From a virus (lineage: Duplodnaviria > Caudoviricetes), in IMG/VR virus record IMGVR_UViG_3300031839_001226, positions 1 to 57,489 of that record: a stretch of 57,489 bases of DNA; one strand, 5' to 3'. The notes under the pieces are model-generated. The model searched no databases. It saw nothing but the letters and a program-made list of their open reading frames with translations, and was not told the origin of the DNA. Each line of letters opens with the position of its first letter. Within the stretch, counting starts at the first letter, position 1. Positions 16,648-26,032 of this stretch are shown piece after piece. The position numbers and the translations under genes are program-made.

Positions 16648-17052
16648 TCAGACCTCCACCACACGAACGGCAGGGTACATCGCCTCGACAAGCGCCTTCC
16701 GAAGAGTGTAGGCTTCCGTCCTTGTGGACTGACCACCTTTCACGTCTTCGATGATCCGATGCTTTCCATCAAAGTATGCGAAGTCGAATTTGACGCCGGC
16801 ATGGCGCCCGTTCGGATAGCGTTCCGACCGGATCAGCACTGGCCGATCCCCGATGTAGAACTTGAACTTCGGCTGGCGCTCCAGATGACTGATTTCGCCC
16901 TGCTTCTCCAACTGCTTCAGTTCCTGATACCGCCGCGCTTCCTTCTTACTGTCGAACCGGATGCCGTCCACGACAGTAGGCTCAGCCCCGTACTTGGATC
17001 GCTTGGGCTTTGCGGCCTGTGTCCTGTATTCGGATGCTGACATGCGGGTCAT
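16648..17052 (-). CDS. DUF1064-family PD-(D/E)xK nuclease
   Basis: 'SKYGA..TVVDGIRFDSKKEARRY..L', 'LERQPKF', 'DFAY', 'IEDVKG'. Confidence 0.85.
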   Translation of the reverse strand: MTRMSASEYRTQAAKPKRSKYGAEPTVVDGIRFDSKKEARRYQELKQLEKQGEISHLERQPKFKFYIGDRPVLIRSERYPNGRHAGVKFDFAYFDGKHRIIEDVKGGQSTRTEAYTLRKALVEAMYPAVRVVEV

Positions 17053-17453
17053 GAACGACCCTCAGCCTTCGGCACGTCGTTCTGTTGCCAGTCCGTCCCA
17101 GCAGCGACACCGCACGCAATACCGTTCGTGCCTATGATGACGACGGTGAATGTCTTTCCATCGGCGGAAGCGTATATCTGGACAACCGCGTTTCCCTTGG
17201 TAGTAACCCCGCTTGCGACGGGGAATTCGTGGTATGTCTTCTCCATCTGCTCCTTCATCACGTTGACGGGGATGCAGACGGGTTGCGCGAAGGCTTTCGT
17301 CACGATCATGCTCGGGAGCAAATACCACGCCGTTAAAGCCAGTCCTGCTCCAATGGTGGCGTAGACCAACATAGGCCAGATAACCCACCCTGCTTTGCAA
17401 GGCCCTTCCATGCCGTTGTAGTCGTCAGTGTTCATGCTGTTCCCTCCACTCAT
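17049..17453 (-). CDS. Hypothetical membrane-anchored protein
   Basis: TM segment plus conserved-looking Cys pair. Confidence 0.55.
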   Translation of the reverse strand: MSGGNSMNTDDYNGMEGPCKAGWVIWPMLVYATIGAGLALTAWYLLPSMIVTKAFAQPVCIPVNVMKEQMEKTYHEFPVASGVTTKGNAVVQIYASADGKTFTVVIIGTNGIACGVAAGTDWQQNDVPKAEGRS

Positions 17454-17509
17454 AGGAGAGCGCGATCTAGGCCGGATCGCTCGGCACGCAGGGGGAGTTA
17501 CGCGGCGTG

Positions 17510-17821
17510 TTACGTCCGACGCCAGAACTGCCAGCCGGTTTCCGCGGTTGTATCGTGCTCGCGAAACATGCCTTTGCTTTTGAACTTGGCCCGGATCGAC
17601 CCGAGATTGATGCCGAATGCCGTCCGGACACCGTTGTTATAGTCGGCCGCCAAAACCTGAATCGCTAGACACGACGGCCAGCGAGAACGCTTGTCGAGAC
17701 CACGACTAGGTCCAAACCAACTATTGGGGGCGATGCCGATGATCGTGGCGCCAATCTGTAGGCTGAATCCGACTGCTTGGATTTGCGCCCAAGCCGTTTC
17801 CGTCATTCGATAGAACTTCAT
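17510..17821 (-). CDS. Hypothetical protein
   Basis: ORF in early-right operon orientation. Confidence 0.45.
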   Translation of the reverse strand: MKFYRMTETAWAQIQAVGFSLQIGATIIGIAPNSWFGPSRGLDKRSRWPSCLAIQVLAADYNNGVRTAFGINLGSIRAKFKSKGMFREHDTTAETGWQFWRRT

Positions 17822-18040
17822 CTGCTTTCCCCAAAGTTAGCGTGTCTGATACGATCGCTTATCGACCGCGATGAATTCCTGGTCCTGTTTAGCAAGGTCC
17901 ATCCACATGCCGCTAAGTGTCGATTTCGCAGCCTCACACAACAGCCGCGCTTCGCGGGGACCGTTCTGCTTATTGGAGCGATAAAGCCCTTGCGCGATGA
18001 GGGCGATGCCATCCTCAATCAGTTCGTCGGGCGTCTTCAT

Positions 18041-18559
18041 TCATCGTCCTCCCGGAGTTCCGGAGCGCCCGTGGTTTTCGTGGAACCCGTATTGGCGTTC
18101 TGCTGCGCGTCGTGCGCTTGCGGCCTCGTCTAGGCAGTCAAACATGCCGATATGCTTCAACTGCCCATCAAGATTTCGTATCTGCGCGCACCAACGGCCA
18201 GTCGCCTTAACCTTGTAGACGCCGCTTACACCGCTCCTATTCGTACACCTGAGCGCCTTGTTGCGCTGATTGATCTGACATGGAACCGACCGAAGATTGG
18301 CGATAGCGTTGTTGTGGCAATCACCGTTTATGTGATCGATATGTTCTGATGGCCATTCACCATGAACATAGAACCACGCTAGTCGATGACCACTGTATTG
18401 TTTCCCGTTGATCGCTATCCGTTCGTATCGCCAAGTTCTGCCGCCCGCTCGCTTGCCGGCACTCCCACTCCCGCTGCTACGCAACCAAGTGAACTCGCCA
18501 GTGACAGGATCGTAGTGGATGACCGATCTAAGCTCCTCCAGTGTCAAATCCGTCATCAC
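18041..18559 (-). CDS. HNH endonuclease with AP2 domain
   Basis: 'YDPVTGEFTW', 'HRLAWFY..GEWP..IDHING..HNNAIANLR', 'SGVSGV','HIGMFD'. Confidence 0.9.
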   Translation of the reverse strand: MMTDLTLEELRSVIHYDPVTGEFTWLRSSGSGSAGKRAGGRTWRYERIAINGKQYSGHRLAWFYVHGEWPSEHIDHINGDCHNNAIANLRSVPCQINQRNKALRCTNRSGVSGVYKVKATGRWCAQIRNLDGQLKHIGMFDCLDEAASARRAAERQYGFHENHGRSGTPGGR

Positions 18560-19188
18560 CTCAACTCCCCCCGCGTCTTCGCCTTGCTCTTCGCAGCTTC
18601 CAAGCGAGCCACGTCATCATCACGGCCTTCCAGTTCTTCAATCTGCGCAAGAACCTCAGCCCTATGGGCCATCAACTCTGAGACGACCGCCTCGCGTAAA
18701 GTCTTGAGCAGATATGCGCTGACCGTGATGGCTTTGTGTCGCAGATGGTCCAGCTTCGATGCGCTGATACCGTAGTCAGCGGTGATTTCCTTCCTTGCCT
18801 CACCCATAGTGAGGCCCTTTCGTTGGCAACGGTTCCATACCAGCCTACGGGCGAGATGCTTCGCTTCCTCCGCCAAAGCAGCTTCACCAAGCGCCCATTC
18901 TTTCTCGGCCGCCGTCTCACATATTTCAGCGACTGCGCCATCAGGAAGATCGGCAATCATGCGACGAATTTCGGCACTCCCACGAAACCACTCGCCGAAC
19001 TCAAGATGCCGTGCAAAGCCGCTTTGAATCTTCTTTTCGCGCCGCCTATCGCCATTGATAACCCTGATAATCTCAAGAGCGCCGTGGTTCTTGGTCAGGA
19101 CGCGGAGACGCGCATCAAAGTTCGTCGTATAGCCGACCTTGATCAACCCATCGCGGCGACCAAGAAAGTAGATGCTGCCGGTCTTCAT
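18556..19188 (-). CDS. GIY-YIG/T5orf172-domain protein with helical C-terminal domain
   Basis: 'IYFL....LIKVGYTTN...RL', 'GEWF'. Confidence 0.75.
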   Translation of the reverse strand: MKTGSIYFLGRRDGLIKVGYTTNFDARLRVLTKNHGALEIIRVINGDRRREKKIQSGFARHLEFGEWFRGSAEIRRMIADLPDGAVAEICETAAEKEWALGEAALAEEAKHLARRLVWNRCQRKGLTMGEARKEITADYGISASKLDHLRHKAITVSAYLLKTLREAVVSELMAHRAEVLAQIEELEGRDDDVARLEAAKSKAKTRGELR

Positions 19189-19599
19189 TCATCGCCCTCC
19201 TTCATTTCCGGCGCTATCCACTTTGCCCAGCGGAGACGACGCGCTGCGATACGCATCCATCTGCGGGCCAAAGAACGCCTCATCCGCCACGGCAAGTGCT
19301 GCCTCAAGGCTTGCCAACCTCCCTTTGATTTCATGGTATTCACGTCTAGCTTCCTCGATTTGTGCCCGCTTGATTGCTTCCGCTTCCTCGGCGTCGATCC
19401 GACGAGCGGCACCCTCCCAGATAGATCGTGCGCGGCGTTCGCTGAAATCCTTAGTGACCTTCGGTGAGATGTACCGATAGGCCGCATAGATCGACGCCTT
19501 GGCACCTCCGTATCGCCACTTCGGGAACGCATCCCGAAGTGCCTCCTGATAATATGCAGTGTCACTCATACCCTTAACCTTGTCCCGGTCTGACAGCAC
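19189..19599 (-). CDS. CII-like regulatory protein
   Basis: GTG after AAGGAG; 'ERRARSIWEG.ARRIDAEE' pattern common in rhizobial prophages downstream of cro. Confidence 0.5.
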   Translation of the reverse strand: MLSDRDKVKGMSDTAYYQEALRDAFPKWRYGGAKASIYAAYRYISPKVTKDFSERRARSIWEGAARRIDAEEAEAIKRAQIEEARREYHEIKGRLASLEAALAVADEAFFGPQMDAYRSASSPLGKVDSAGNEGGR

Positions 19600-19869
19600 T
19601 TTGTTCGTCTCCTTCTGTAGGGTTCTGCCTATGAAACAGAACCCCGACAACAAAGGAGAAGAGACGATTGGTGAAGCTGCGAAGCGCCTGCTGGCAGGCA
19701 TAGATGCGCGTCGCAAAGATACGGCTCCGGGGCGCCGTCAAGCCCCCGGCGAAATCAGTTCCGAGCTGGTATCCCCGTCTCAGCTCGGTGTCAGCGGATC
19801 GGAAGGCGACAACCGCCGTAGTACTGCCTTCCGATCCGCCTTTTTGTTCATATTGGCAGCGAACGATAA

Positions 19870-20574
19870 TCATTCCGCAGCCTCCATGCGTGGAGCCAGG
19901 ATATGATCAATGGCAGCGCGTCCGATGAACTCCGAATATGCAGGCGGTATCGCTTGGGAGAGCCGGTCTCGCGGCATATACCAGCCGATGTCCATTGCCG
20001 CCGCGCCCTCAACGCGCCGATAATTGTTGCCTGCAACAGTGACAAACTCCGCTCCAGTGCTGTATCCTCTATGCGAATTTGTCGGACCATGCCGCCCGCA
20101 CTGCGGAACCATGATTATCGGGAAGTTCAGTTCGAACAGCCGGTGCCGTATGACCTTGAGCCCGAACATAGTTCCGCACAGGGTGATGGTGTTTCGGAGA
20201 GGGGCGCCAGGAACGTTCTCAATCGCCCATGTCGCTGCCGTTCGCTCCAGACGAGACCGCGTTTGCGGTATCAGATCAGGATAGTTCTTGCCGTGTATGG
20301 CGCGGGTTTTCGAATGCGCCTGACATGGCGGCGACGCCCAGATGAAATCGAATCCCTCCAGCGGGTACGTAAGCGCGTCGGCTTTGTGGAATTCGAACGG
20401 GTAGTATGGCTGCGGCTCGATATCCACACCCACAATTTCGAACCCAGCGCGGTGCAGGCCCATGGATGCGCCGCCAGAACAGCAGAACAAATCCAGTGCG
20501 CGCAGCTTCCGCTCAGGCGCACGCGGGGCGGCCTTGTATGGTGAGCGGACTGTCCATGGGTCGGTGGGGGTCAT
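19870..20574 (-). CDS. DNA cytosine-5 methyltransferase
   Basis: 'LDLFCCSGG', 'GVDI', 'ASPPCQ', 'IENV', 'RHRLFE', 'QAIPPAY'. Confidence 0.9.
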   Translation of the reverse strand: MTPTDPWTVRSPYKAAPRAPERKLRALDLFCCSGGASMGLHRAGFEIVGVDIEPQPYYPFEFHKADALTYPLEGFDFIWASPPCQAHSKTRAIHGKNYPDLIPQTRSRLERTAATWAIENVPGAPLRNTITLCGTMFGLKVIRHRLFELNFPIIMVPQCGRHGPTNSHRGYSTGAEFVTVAGNNYRRVEGAAAMDIGWYMPRDRLSQAIPPAYSEFIGRAAIDHILAPRMEAAE

Positions 20575-20897
20575 TTGCCGAGCGCCTTGAGAATATCTTT
20601 GGCAACTATCGAAATCCACGCCACTATGAGAAAAACCCCGCTCGCGTCACTATCGCCAGCCATGCTCATGGCTATCGAAATGGCGCAGAAGACAACAAAA
20701 GCTGCGCCGTAAAAATTGGGTGGCTTCATCCCGCCCTCCGTACCGCCTCTTGCGGATCATGCGGGACGACAGGAGACATGAAGTACTCCAGTTCATCCCG
20801 CTTCCTTGCCGTCACGCGACGCTGGATTTCAGCGCCGATAGAAACGCCTAGGATAAGGCCAGTGATGATGCAGATGATGTTGCCGGGATCGAACATG

Positions 20898-21230
20898 TCA
20901 GGCGGTTTCCTTCGTCTTGGAAGGGATGCCGGTCAGATGCTGACGGAAGATCGCGAGACGGTCGCCAGAGAGGGGGCGGAAGCGGCTGATATGATAGCCA
21001 GGTTCACCGAAGTGCGGCACTGGACGGCGTTCAATTTCTTCGAGCCATACGCAATGCCTTGCTTGCGCAAATGCCCCCACCCGCCGCACCGTGTAAACAT
21101 GGCCGGCAACGAGCCCTTCAAGGCCTCTTTCCTCATATTCTGGCGCAATATGCCACGGCGTGAGGTCGTTTCTGTCGCTTGCATCCACACACTCGACCAG
21201 CATGCCAGGCTCAAGAGCAGGGGCGGACAT
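20898..21230 (-). CDS. Hypothetical protein
   Basis: 'PGMLVECVD..GHVYTVR..RFRPL' phage-type small protein. Confidence 0.6.
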   Translation of the reverse strand: MSAPALEPGMLVECVDASDRNDLTPWHIAPEYEERGLEGLVAGHVYTVRRVGAFAQARHCVWLEEIERRPVPHFGEPGYHISRFRPLSGDRLAIFRQHLTGIPSKTKETA

Positions 21231-21572
21231 TCAGGTGGTTCCTTCATTGGATTGGGAGAGGAGCTGCGAGAATGCCACCCGCAACTCTTTGCGGATTTTC
21301 ATGCCGACACAGCCTTTGTAGTGCTCGTTTGCATGAGCACATATCGCGTCGAACTTCTCCGCCGCCCGTCGCATGCCTCTCTCTTCACCGCGTTTTTCTG
21401 CGGCTATGATTGCGGCATCCGCGTTATCGACTTGCGCACGAAGCGACACCAAGTCGTCGTACTGGCTCCACGCTTCACAACAGGCGCATCCAGCGGCGAA
21501 TTCCTCGCATCTCTCTCCGAACTGTTCGGTGATGGCTTCGGCGATATAGTCAGGAACGATTGTGCCGCTCAT
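21231..21572 (-). CDS. Hypothetical protein
   Basis: Coupled ORF, Cys cluster 'GERC....GCACCEAW'. Confidence 0.55.
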   Translation of the reverse strand: MSGTIVPDYIAEAITEQFGERCEEFAAGCACCEAWSQYDDLVSLRAQVDNADAAIIAAEKRGEERGMRRAAEKFDAICAHANEHYKGCVGMKIRKELRVAFSQLLSQSNEGTT

Positions 21573-21581
21573 TGCCGCGTC

Positions 21582-21806
21582 CTATTCGGAAGGGTTGGGA
21601 GCGGGAGGAAGGGGCATCCAGTGGCTATAGGAGTCTGGTTTGCACTTGCCTTCGTCGGACTCCCACGGCCAGTCCGGATCACCAGAATAGCCAACGATAT
21701 CCATGTACCAAGTCACGGATTTATCGCCGGGATAAAGGTACGAACCGCATGCAAGGAAATCATTTCCATCGCGCGGCGCTGTCTCAATAGGCTGCCACTC
21801 GCTCAT
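21582..21806 (-). CDS. DUF551-like protein
   Basis: 'WQPIETAPRDG...SHWMPLP.AP'. Confidence 0.85.
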   Translation of the reverse strand: MSEWQPIETAPRDGNDFLACGSYLYPGDKSVTWYMDIVGYSGDPDWPWESDEGKCKPDSYSHWMPLPPAPNPSE

Positions 21807-21927
21807 GCGTCCGCTCCATGCGTTGAATTGGGGAGGCCGAGCACAGACGGGGAGGAGGTCGTCGCGCTCGGCCTATCGGCTGCACCGGGAGGAACGGGAG
21901 CCGATCTGAAAGGGTTGGGGAAGGTGC

Positions 21928-22653
21928 TCATTGAATGAGCCCTCCCGCGAATATGCTTCGATACTCCGCCGTTAACGGATCGGTCTGTTGAGTTTGATCT
22001 AGACCGCCTTCGCGCCAGTCCGTTTCATCCCACGCGCCCTTACCTTGGTTGCATTCGTCGCAAAGAACCTGAAGGTTTGAACGGTCAAGCCGTAGATGCC
22101 AGAACTTCGATACCGGCTTGATGTGATCCACGACGATGCGAACTTTTCCGCCGTGCATCGCTGTGTCTGTCGGTTGTGCCCCGCAGCACATGCACCGGCG
22201 TCCATATTCTTTCAGGACTTCCATTCGCATGCGCCGCCATTCCCACGTGAGGTAGAACTCAGTGCGCTTTGTCGCGCTCGGCTTTCGCTTCAGTGCGTTC
22301 TCTGCAACTTCGTCTCCCCACTCATTCTTCGCCGACTCCGGCGGACTCGTGTGGACTATCGGCGGGTTTCCTTCAGCAGCGCACCGAGCGATGTAGCGGG
22401 CTTGTGCGCGTTGCTCCGATGGCAGTCGTGCGATCGCGTTCCTTATGCGTCGAACGGCGACCATGAACCCCTCTCCGGGGTAAGGTCGCATGCCAAACAT
22501 CGAATGAACGATACCCCAAAGCTGCTCTTCCGAACGGATCCGCTTCTTAGGAATCCCGATGCAAAGGGACGTATAGTTGATCAGGGACGCCACCGCTCGC
22601 GTATCCCCGCGTCCGAGTTCATGCCCGAGGAACCACTTTGTTTTCTTGCTCAC
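21928..22653 (-). CDS. HNH endonuclease-domain protein
   Basis: 'FY.TWEWRRMR..VL..YG.RCMCCG...VDHIKP...NLQVLCDECNQGK'; GTG start overlaps the cro stop. Confidence 0.85.
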   Translation of the reverse strand: MSKKTKWFLGHELGRGDTRAVASLINYTSLCIGIPKKRIRSEEQLWGIVHSMFGMRPYPGEGFMVAVRRIRNAIARLPSEQRAQARYIARCAAEGNPPIVHTSPPESAKNEWGDEVAENALKRKPSATKRTEFYLTWEWRRMRMEVLKEYGRRCMCCGAQPTDTAMHGGKVRIVVDHIKPVSKFWHLRLDRSNLQVLCDECNQGKGAWDETDWREGGLDQTQQTDPLTAEYRSIFAGGLIQ

Positions 22654-22883
22654 GCCGCTTCTCCGGCGCCAGTCTCTTGTTCGTCCAGCCAATCGATTAC
22701 GCGCTGGTACGTCTTGAGGGTGAAGTTATCGCCCTTTTCGACGTTCGCGAGGAACTTGCTGTCCTTCACCGCCGCTTGGGAAATGGCGGAGAGACTCGTC
22801 TTGGTTGCGGATGAATACGCCTTTGCCCTGTCGAGCAGGTGCTTCCGGACATGGTCAGCGGTGAGTTCGACGTGCTGGTTCAT
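22650..22883 (-). CDS. cro: Cro-like repressor
   Basis: 77-aa HTH-like protein divergent from cI. Confidence 0.75.
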   Translation of the reverse strand: MNQHVELTADHVRKHLLDRAKAYSSATKTSLSAISQAAVKDSKFLANVEKGDNFTLKTYQRVIDWLDEQETGAGEAA

Positions 22884-22893
22884 GCCGCCGATA

Positions 22894-22961
22894 TTCGGGA
22901 CATTTCCCGAATTGTCAAGGGATTATTCCCGATGGCGGTGAATTTTCCCGAATTCTATGAT
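22894..22961. promoter_or_regulatory. OR-like switch region: three operators and divergent promoters
   Basis: CGGGACATTTCCCG (22896), AGGGATTATTCCCG (22918), GGTGAATTTTCCCG (22937); TTGACA on minus (22913-22918); TATGAT on plus (22956). Confidence 0.8.
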
Positions 22962-22967
22962 CGCAGC

Positions 22968-23654
22968 ATGGATTCGAACCCCGACACGCCGTTGAAGAAG
23001 CGCATCCGCGAGCGCATGGATTTACTCGGCATTAACGCATTGCAGACGGCTAAGAAATCGGGGCTTGGAGATAGCTTCGTTCGGGATATCCTACGCGGAA
23101 AGACGCGGAATCCCAGCGCGGCGAATCTAGCGAAACTCGCGGTCGCGCTTGAGACAACCGCCGATGCGCTCATGGGCCAAGCGGGGGAAACGCCAACCCA
23201 AATCGAAGAGGTCCCGGTCACGGGCCTGGAAGTCGTTTCAGACGTCCAGGCCGGTAGTTGGCTAGAGGTGACGGAATTGGACGACGCGGATCACGAGGTC
23301 ATCCCGGTAGCTCACGACCCTCGGTTCCCGCACGCGCGCCAGTACGCACTTCGCATCCGTGGCGATTCGATGGACCTAGAGTATCCCGAAGGCTGCTTCG
23401 TCACCTGTGTCGACTTCTGGGATTCTGGCATCGCCATGCGCGAAGGTCTACACGTCCACGTCGAGCGCAACCGCGACAATGGCCAACTCGTGGAGATCAC
23501 CATCAAGGCGATTGAACGCCGGGATGGCGTCTGGTTCCTCGTGCCGCTCAGCTCCAACCCGCGCTGGACAGCCGTCGCGGTGGAAGGCGACGAAACGACG
23601 AAAGTTGACATCAAGGGGTTGGTAACCGGCTCATGGAAGCCGACCGTAATCTAG
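22968..23654 (+). CDS. cI: CI-like repressor (HTH plus S24 peptidase)
   Basis: N-terminal HTH, 'VQAG' cleavage site, 'ALRIRGDSM', 'TIK'. Confidence 0.92.
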   Translation: MDSNPDTPLKKRIRERMDLLGINALQTAKKSGLGDSFVRDILRGKTRNPSAANLAKLAVALETTADALMGQAGETPTQIEEVPVTGLEVVSDVQAGSWLEVTELDDADHEVIPVAHDPRFPHARQYALRIRGDSMDLEYPEGCFVTCVDFWDSGIAMREGLHVHVERNRDNGQLVEITIKAIERRDGVWFLVPLSSNPRWTAVAVEGDETTKVDIKGLVTGSWKPTVI

Positions 23655-23742
23655 GCCTTTCCCCCTGTTGATATAGATCTACCCTCCAGAGCCTATATCT
23701 TCTGGGATAACCCTTTTAGGAATTAGCCTTTACAGATTCGTA

Positions 23743-23784
23743 CGCAGAAATTGCGTGGGTAACCCGCGCAGAAATTGCGTGGGT
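23743..23784. repeat. Iteron-like 18-bp direct repeat
   Basis: CGCAGAAATTGCGTGGGT at 23743 and 23767, next to an AT-richer segment. Confidence 0.7.
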
Positions 23785-24101
23785 TAGTCCAATGGGCTGC
23801 GGATGAAGTAGGTATTCCGCTTCCCAGATTCCCTTACGACGAGCATCAACCCGAGCCGCTCCAGTTCGGCCGTCGCATCCGAGACGGTGCGCGTGCTCAC
23901 TCTCAAGTGTTCGGCAATCCGCTTGACCGACCACCAGGTGCACTGGTCCTCGCCGTTCATCTTCATGGATAGCCAATACCCGACGCGGAAAGTCGCGTGC
24001 CCTACGTCGGGATGCTCCACCAACAGTTCCCGCCATTTCCGGCGCTTGTCGTAGAAAGCGGCGGCGGCTTCGCCGTTGTCGTTACGTTTGAGCATCCCCA
24101 T
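23784..24101 (-). CDS. Winged-HTH protein resembling the N-terminal domain of phage replication initiators
   Basis: 'CTWWSVKRIAEHLRVSTRTVSDATAELERLGLM...GKRNTY'. Confidence 0.7.
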   Translation of the reverse strand: MGMLKRNDNGEAAAAFYDKRRKWRELLVEHPDVGHATFRVGYWLSMKMNGEDQCTWWSVKRIAEHLRVSTRTVSDATAELERLGLMLVVRESGKRNTYFIRSPLD

Positions 24102-24107
24102 GCACTA

Positions 24108-24189
24108 CGGGTTTTTTCCCGCTTACGCAAACATTTTTAGGGATGTTTCCCGATTTTGCATTGACGACGGGAAATTTCCCGAATACTGT
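24108..24189 (+). promoter_or_regulatory. OL/PL-like region: three operators and promoter
   Basis: CGGGTTTTTTCCCG (24108), AGGGATGTTTCCCG (24139), CGGGAAATTTCCCG (24168); TTGACG-17-TACTGT (24161-24189). Confidence 0.8.
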
Positions 24190-24218
24190 CTCCCCATCAA
24201 ACGACGGGAGCGACGGAC

Positions 24219-24485
24219 ATGCAGACCGACTTTAACGACCACCCTTTCTCTCCGCAGAACGTAGTCCGCGAGAGCGGCGCATCTGACCGTTCAGAACGCG
24301 CTTGGCTCAAGTGGTGCGCGGATGCCGAACGTCTCTTCGGCCACGACATCGACGGCAATGACGTTGGCGGCAAGGGCTGCGGCTATTCGCTGGACGAGGC
24401 GTACGACCACTTTTGCAAGGGCACCACGCCTCACGCCTACGTCGCAATGGCGGCAAGCCGTGATCGGTACTTCCGCGCTCCCTAA
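24219..24485 (+). CDS. Hypothetical early protein
   Basis: First ORF after PL, GGAG RBS. Confidence 0.6.
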   Translation: MQTDFNDHPFSPQNVVRESGASDRSERAWLKWCADAERLFGHDIDGNDVGGKGCGYSLDEAYDHFCKGTTPHAYVAMAASRDRYFRAP

Positions 24486-24558
24486 CCCCCCACCACCCCG
24501 AGGAAGCACCCCCGCCCACGAGCAGGGCTTCCTCATCAGATGAAACGGAGACGATGAC

Positions 24559-24816
24559 ATGGGCGTATTCATGGACATGCTGACAGCGAAGCCGAAGGGG
24601 CTCCGCGTCGAACCGAAATACTTCCCGAAGGTCGGCGAGGTCTGTCTCGTCTCCGGGCCAAACGAAGACAACGACCAAGGCTATGTCTGGGGCGAAACAA
24701 CCCTTCTCTGGAGCAACGACATCTTCGTTCTCTACGGGCGGGATGGCTTCTGGCCCGTGCTCCACAAATGGGAACACGTCCTGTTCAAGCCACGCGAGAA
24801 CACCACGCCTATCTAA
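24559..24816 (+). CDS. Hypothetical early protein
   Basis: GGAG RBS. Confidence 0.6.
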   Translation: MGVFMDMLTAKPKGLRVEPKYFPKVGEVCLVSGPNEDNDQGYVWGETTLLWSNDIFVLYGRDGFWPVLHKWEHVLFKPRENTTPI

Positions 24817-24861
24817 CCGCACCTCACCACGGCCCACGGGCCATTAGCACGGGGAAAGACG

Positions 24862-25266
24862 ATGGAACTGACCGCACAGAATGTGAACGAAGTAGCAAAG
24901 CATTGTCTGTTTCGCGACGATGAAATCGGCGAAGGCGAAGCCGCCATTCCGTCCAACGCGATCATCGTTGATGGGATTGTTGGACGCTATGGCTTCCACC
25001 CTGACAGGCTTTCCGAGCGCAAGGCAGACATCGCTTCCATGCTCGATGATCTTCCTGACGAGTTCAAGGAAGGACATGGCGGCGGGATGAGTTTTCTGAA
25101 TGCGTGCATGACCAAGAACGGCACTCATTGGGGTGAACACCCGACGATGGGAATGCTGTTCGCGCTTGGCATCGGCGTTGATCTCGCCGCATACACGTTC
25201 CCTCGCGAGATGTGGAACGCCCTTCCTGGTGGCGTGCCTTACGTCACCGTGAAGACCCTGTCCTAG
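24862..25266 (+). CDS. Hypothetical early protein
   Basis: 134 aa; 'GGGMSFLNAC...G.HWGEH', 'LPGGVPY'. Confidence 0.7.
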   Translation: MELTAQNVNEVAKHCLFRDDEIGEGEAAIPSNAIIVDGIVGRYGFHPDRLSERKADIASMLDDLPDEFKEGHGGGMSFLNACMTKNGTHWGEHPTMGMLFALGIGVDLAAYTFPREMWNALPGGVPYVTVKTLS

Positions 25267-26032
25267 CCCTCTCCTACCACAGGACACCTCCCATGAACAT
25301 CCACACCCCCACACCGACAATGAGAGCAGAAGCTACGGGACAGAAGTACCCGCTGTACCGGCTCGTGAACGGCGAGATCAACTGCCAGCATCACAAGGGC
25401 GGCGACTGGTATCCCGTCGATTTTGTATGGGCAAACATTCTGCTTTCGAAGCTGGATGGCGTAGCGCTTCATGACTGCGAACTGGCGAAGCGCGATCTGA
25501 TCCCGGATTGCCCGAAGCCTCTTTTCTGGCATCCAGTTTGAAGGCGGGAGCGGTGTCATGAGCAAGGGAACTGAGACGATGGAAGCGAAGCATACCCCCG
25601 GACCTTGGACGATTGTTGACCGCGAAGTCCTCGAAGACGGCGGCGTGTACCCGCGCCATATCGTCGGCGGGTCTCGCGAACTGGAAATCTGTTGGCTGGA
25701 AAGCCTGTTCAGTGCCGAGTCTGCGGTGAAAAATCCGGACAGCATCGCCAGCAGTGACAAGATGATGGAGAGCGCTACCGATACCCGCTCAAAGTCAGCC
25801 AACGCCCACCTGATCGCAACCGCGCCGGACATGCTGGCCGCGCTTAAGGCAATGCTTGCGTTGCGTCCGCTCAGCAGCGGTGAAAGCAACGGGCTTTTGA
25901 ATGAAGCGTGCGCCCTCGCGGAAGCCGCCGTCGCAAAGGCTGAAGGCCGCGCTTCCTAGCCCTCTCCTACCACAGGACACCTCCCATGAACATCCACACC
26001 CCCACACCGACAATGAGAGCAGAAGCTACGGG
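25261..26032 (+). repeat. 79-bp direct repeat covering stop, RBS and first 15 codons
   Basis: Identical at 25261-25339 and 25954-26032 (MNIHTPTPTMRAEATG). Confidence 0.9.

Noticed and set aside
20406-21938. 510-aa plus-strand ORF, and similar long shadow ORFs (3013..4278, 11029..12030, 50978..52195)
   Set aside because: Antisense to well-supported genes in high-GC DNA, with no motifs
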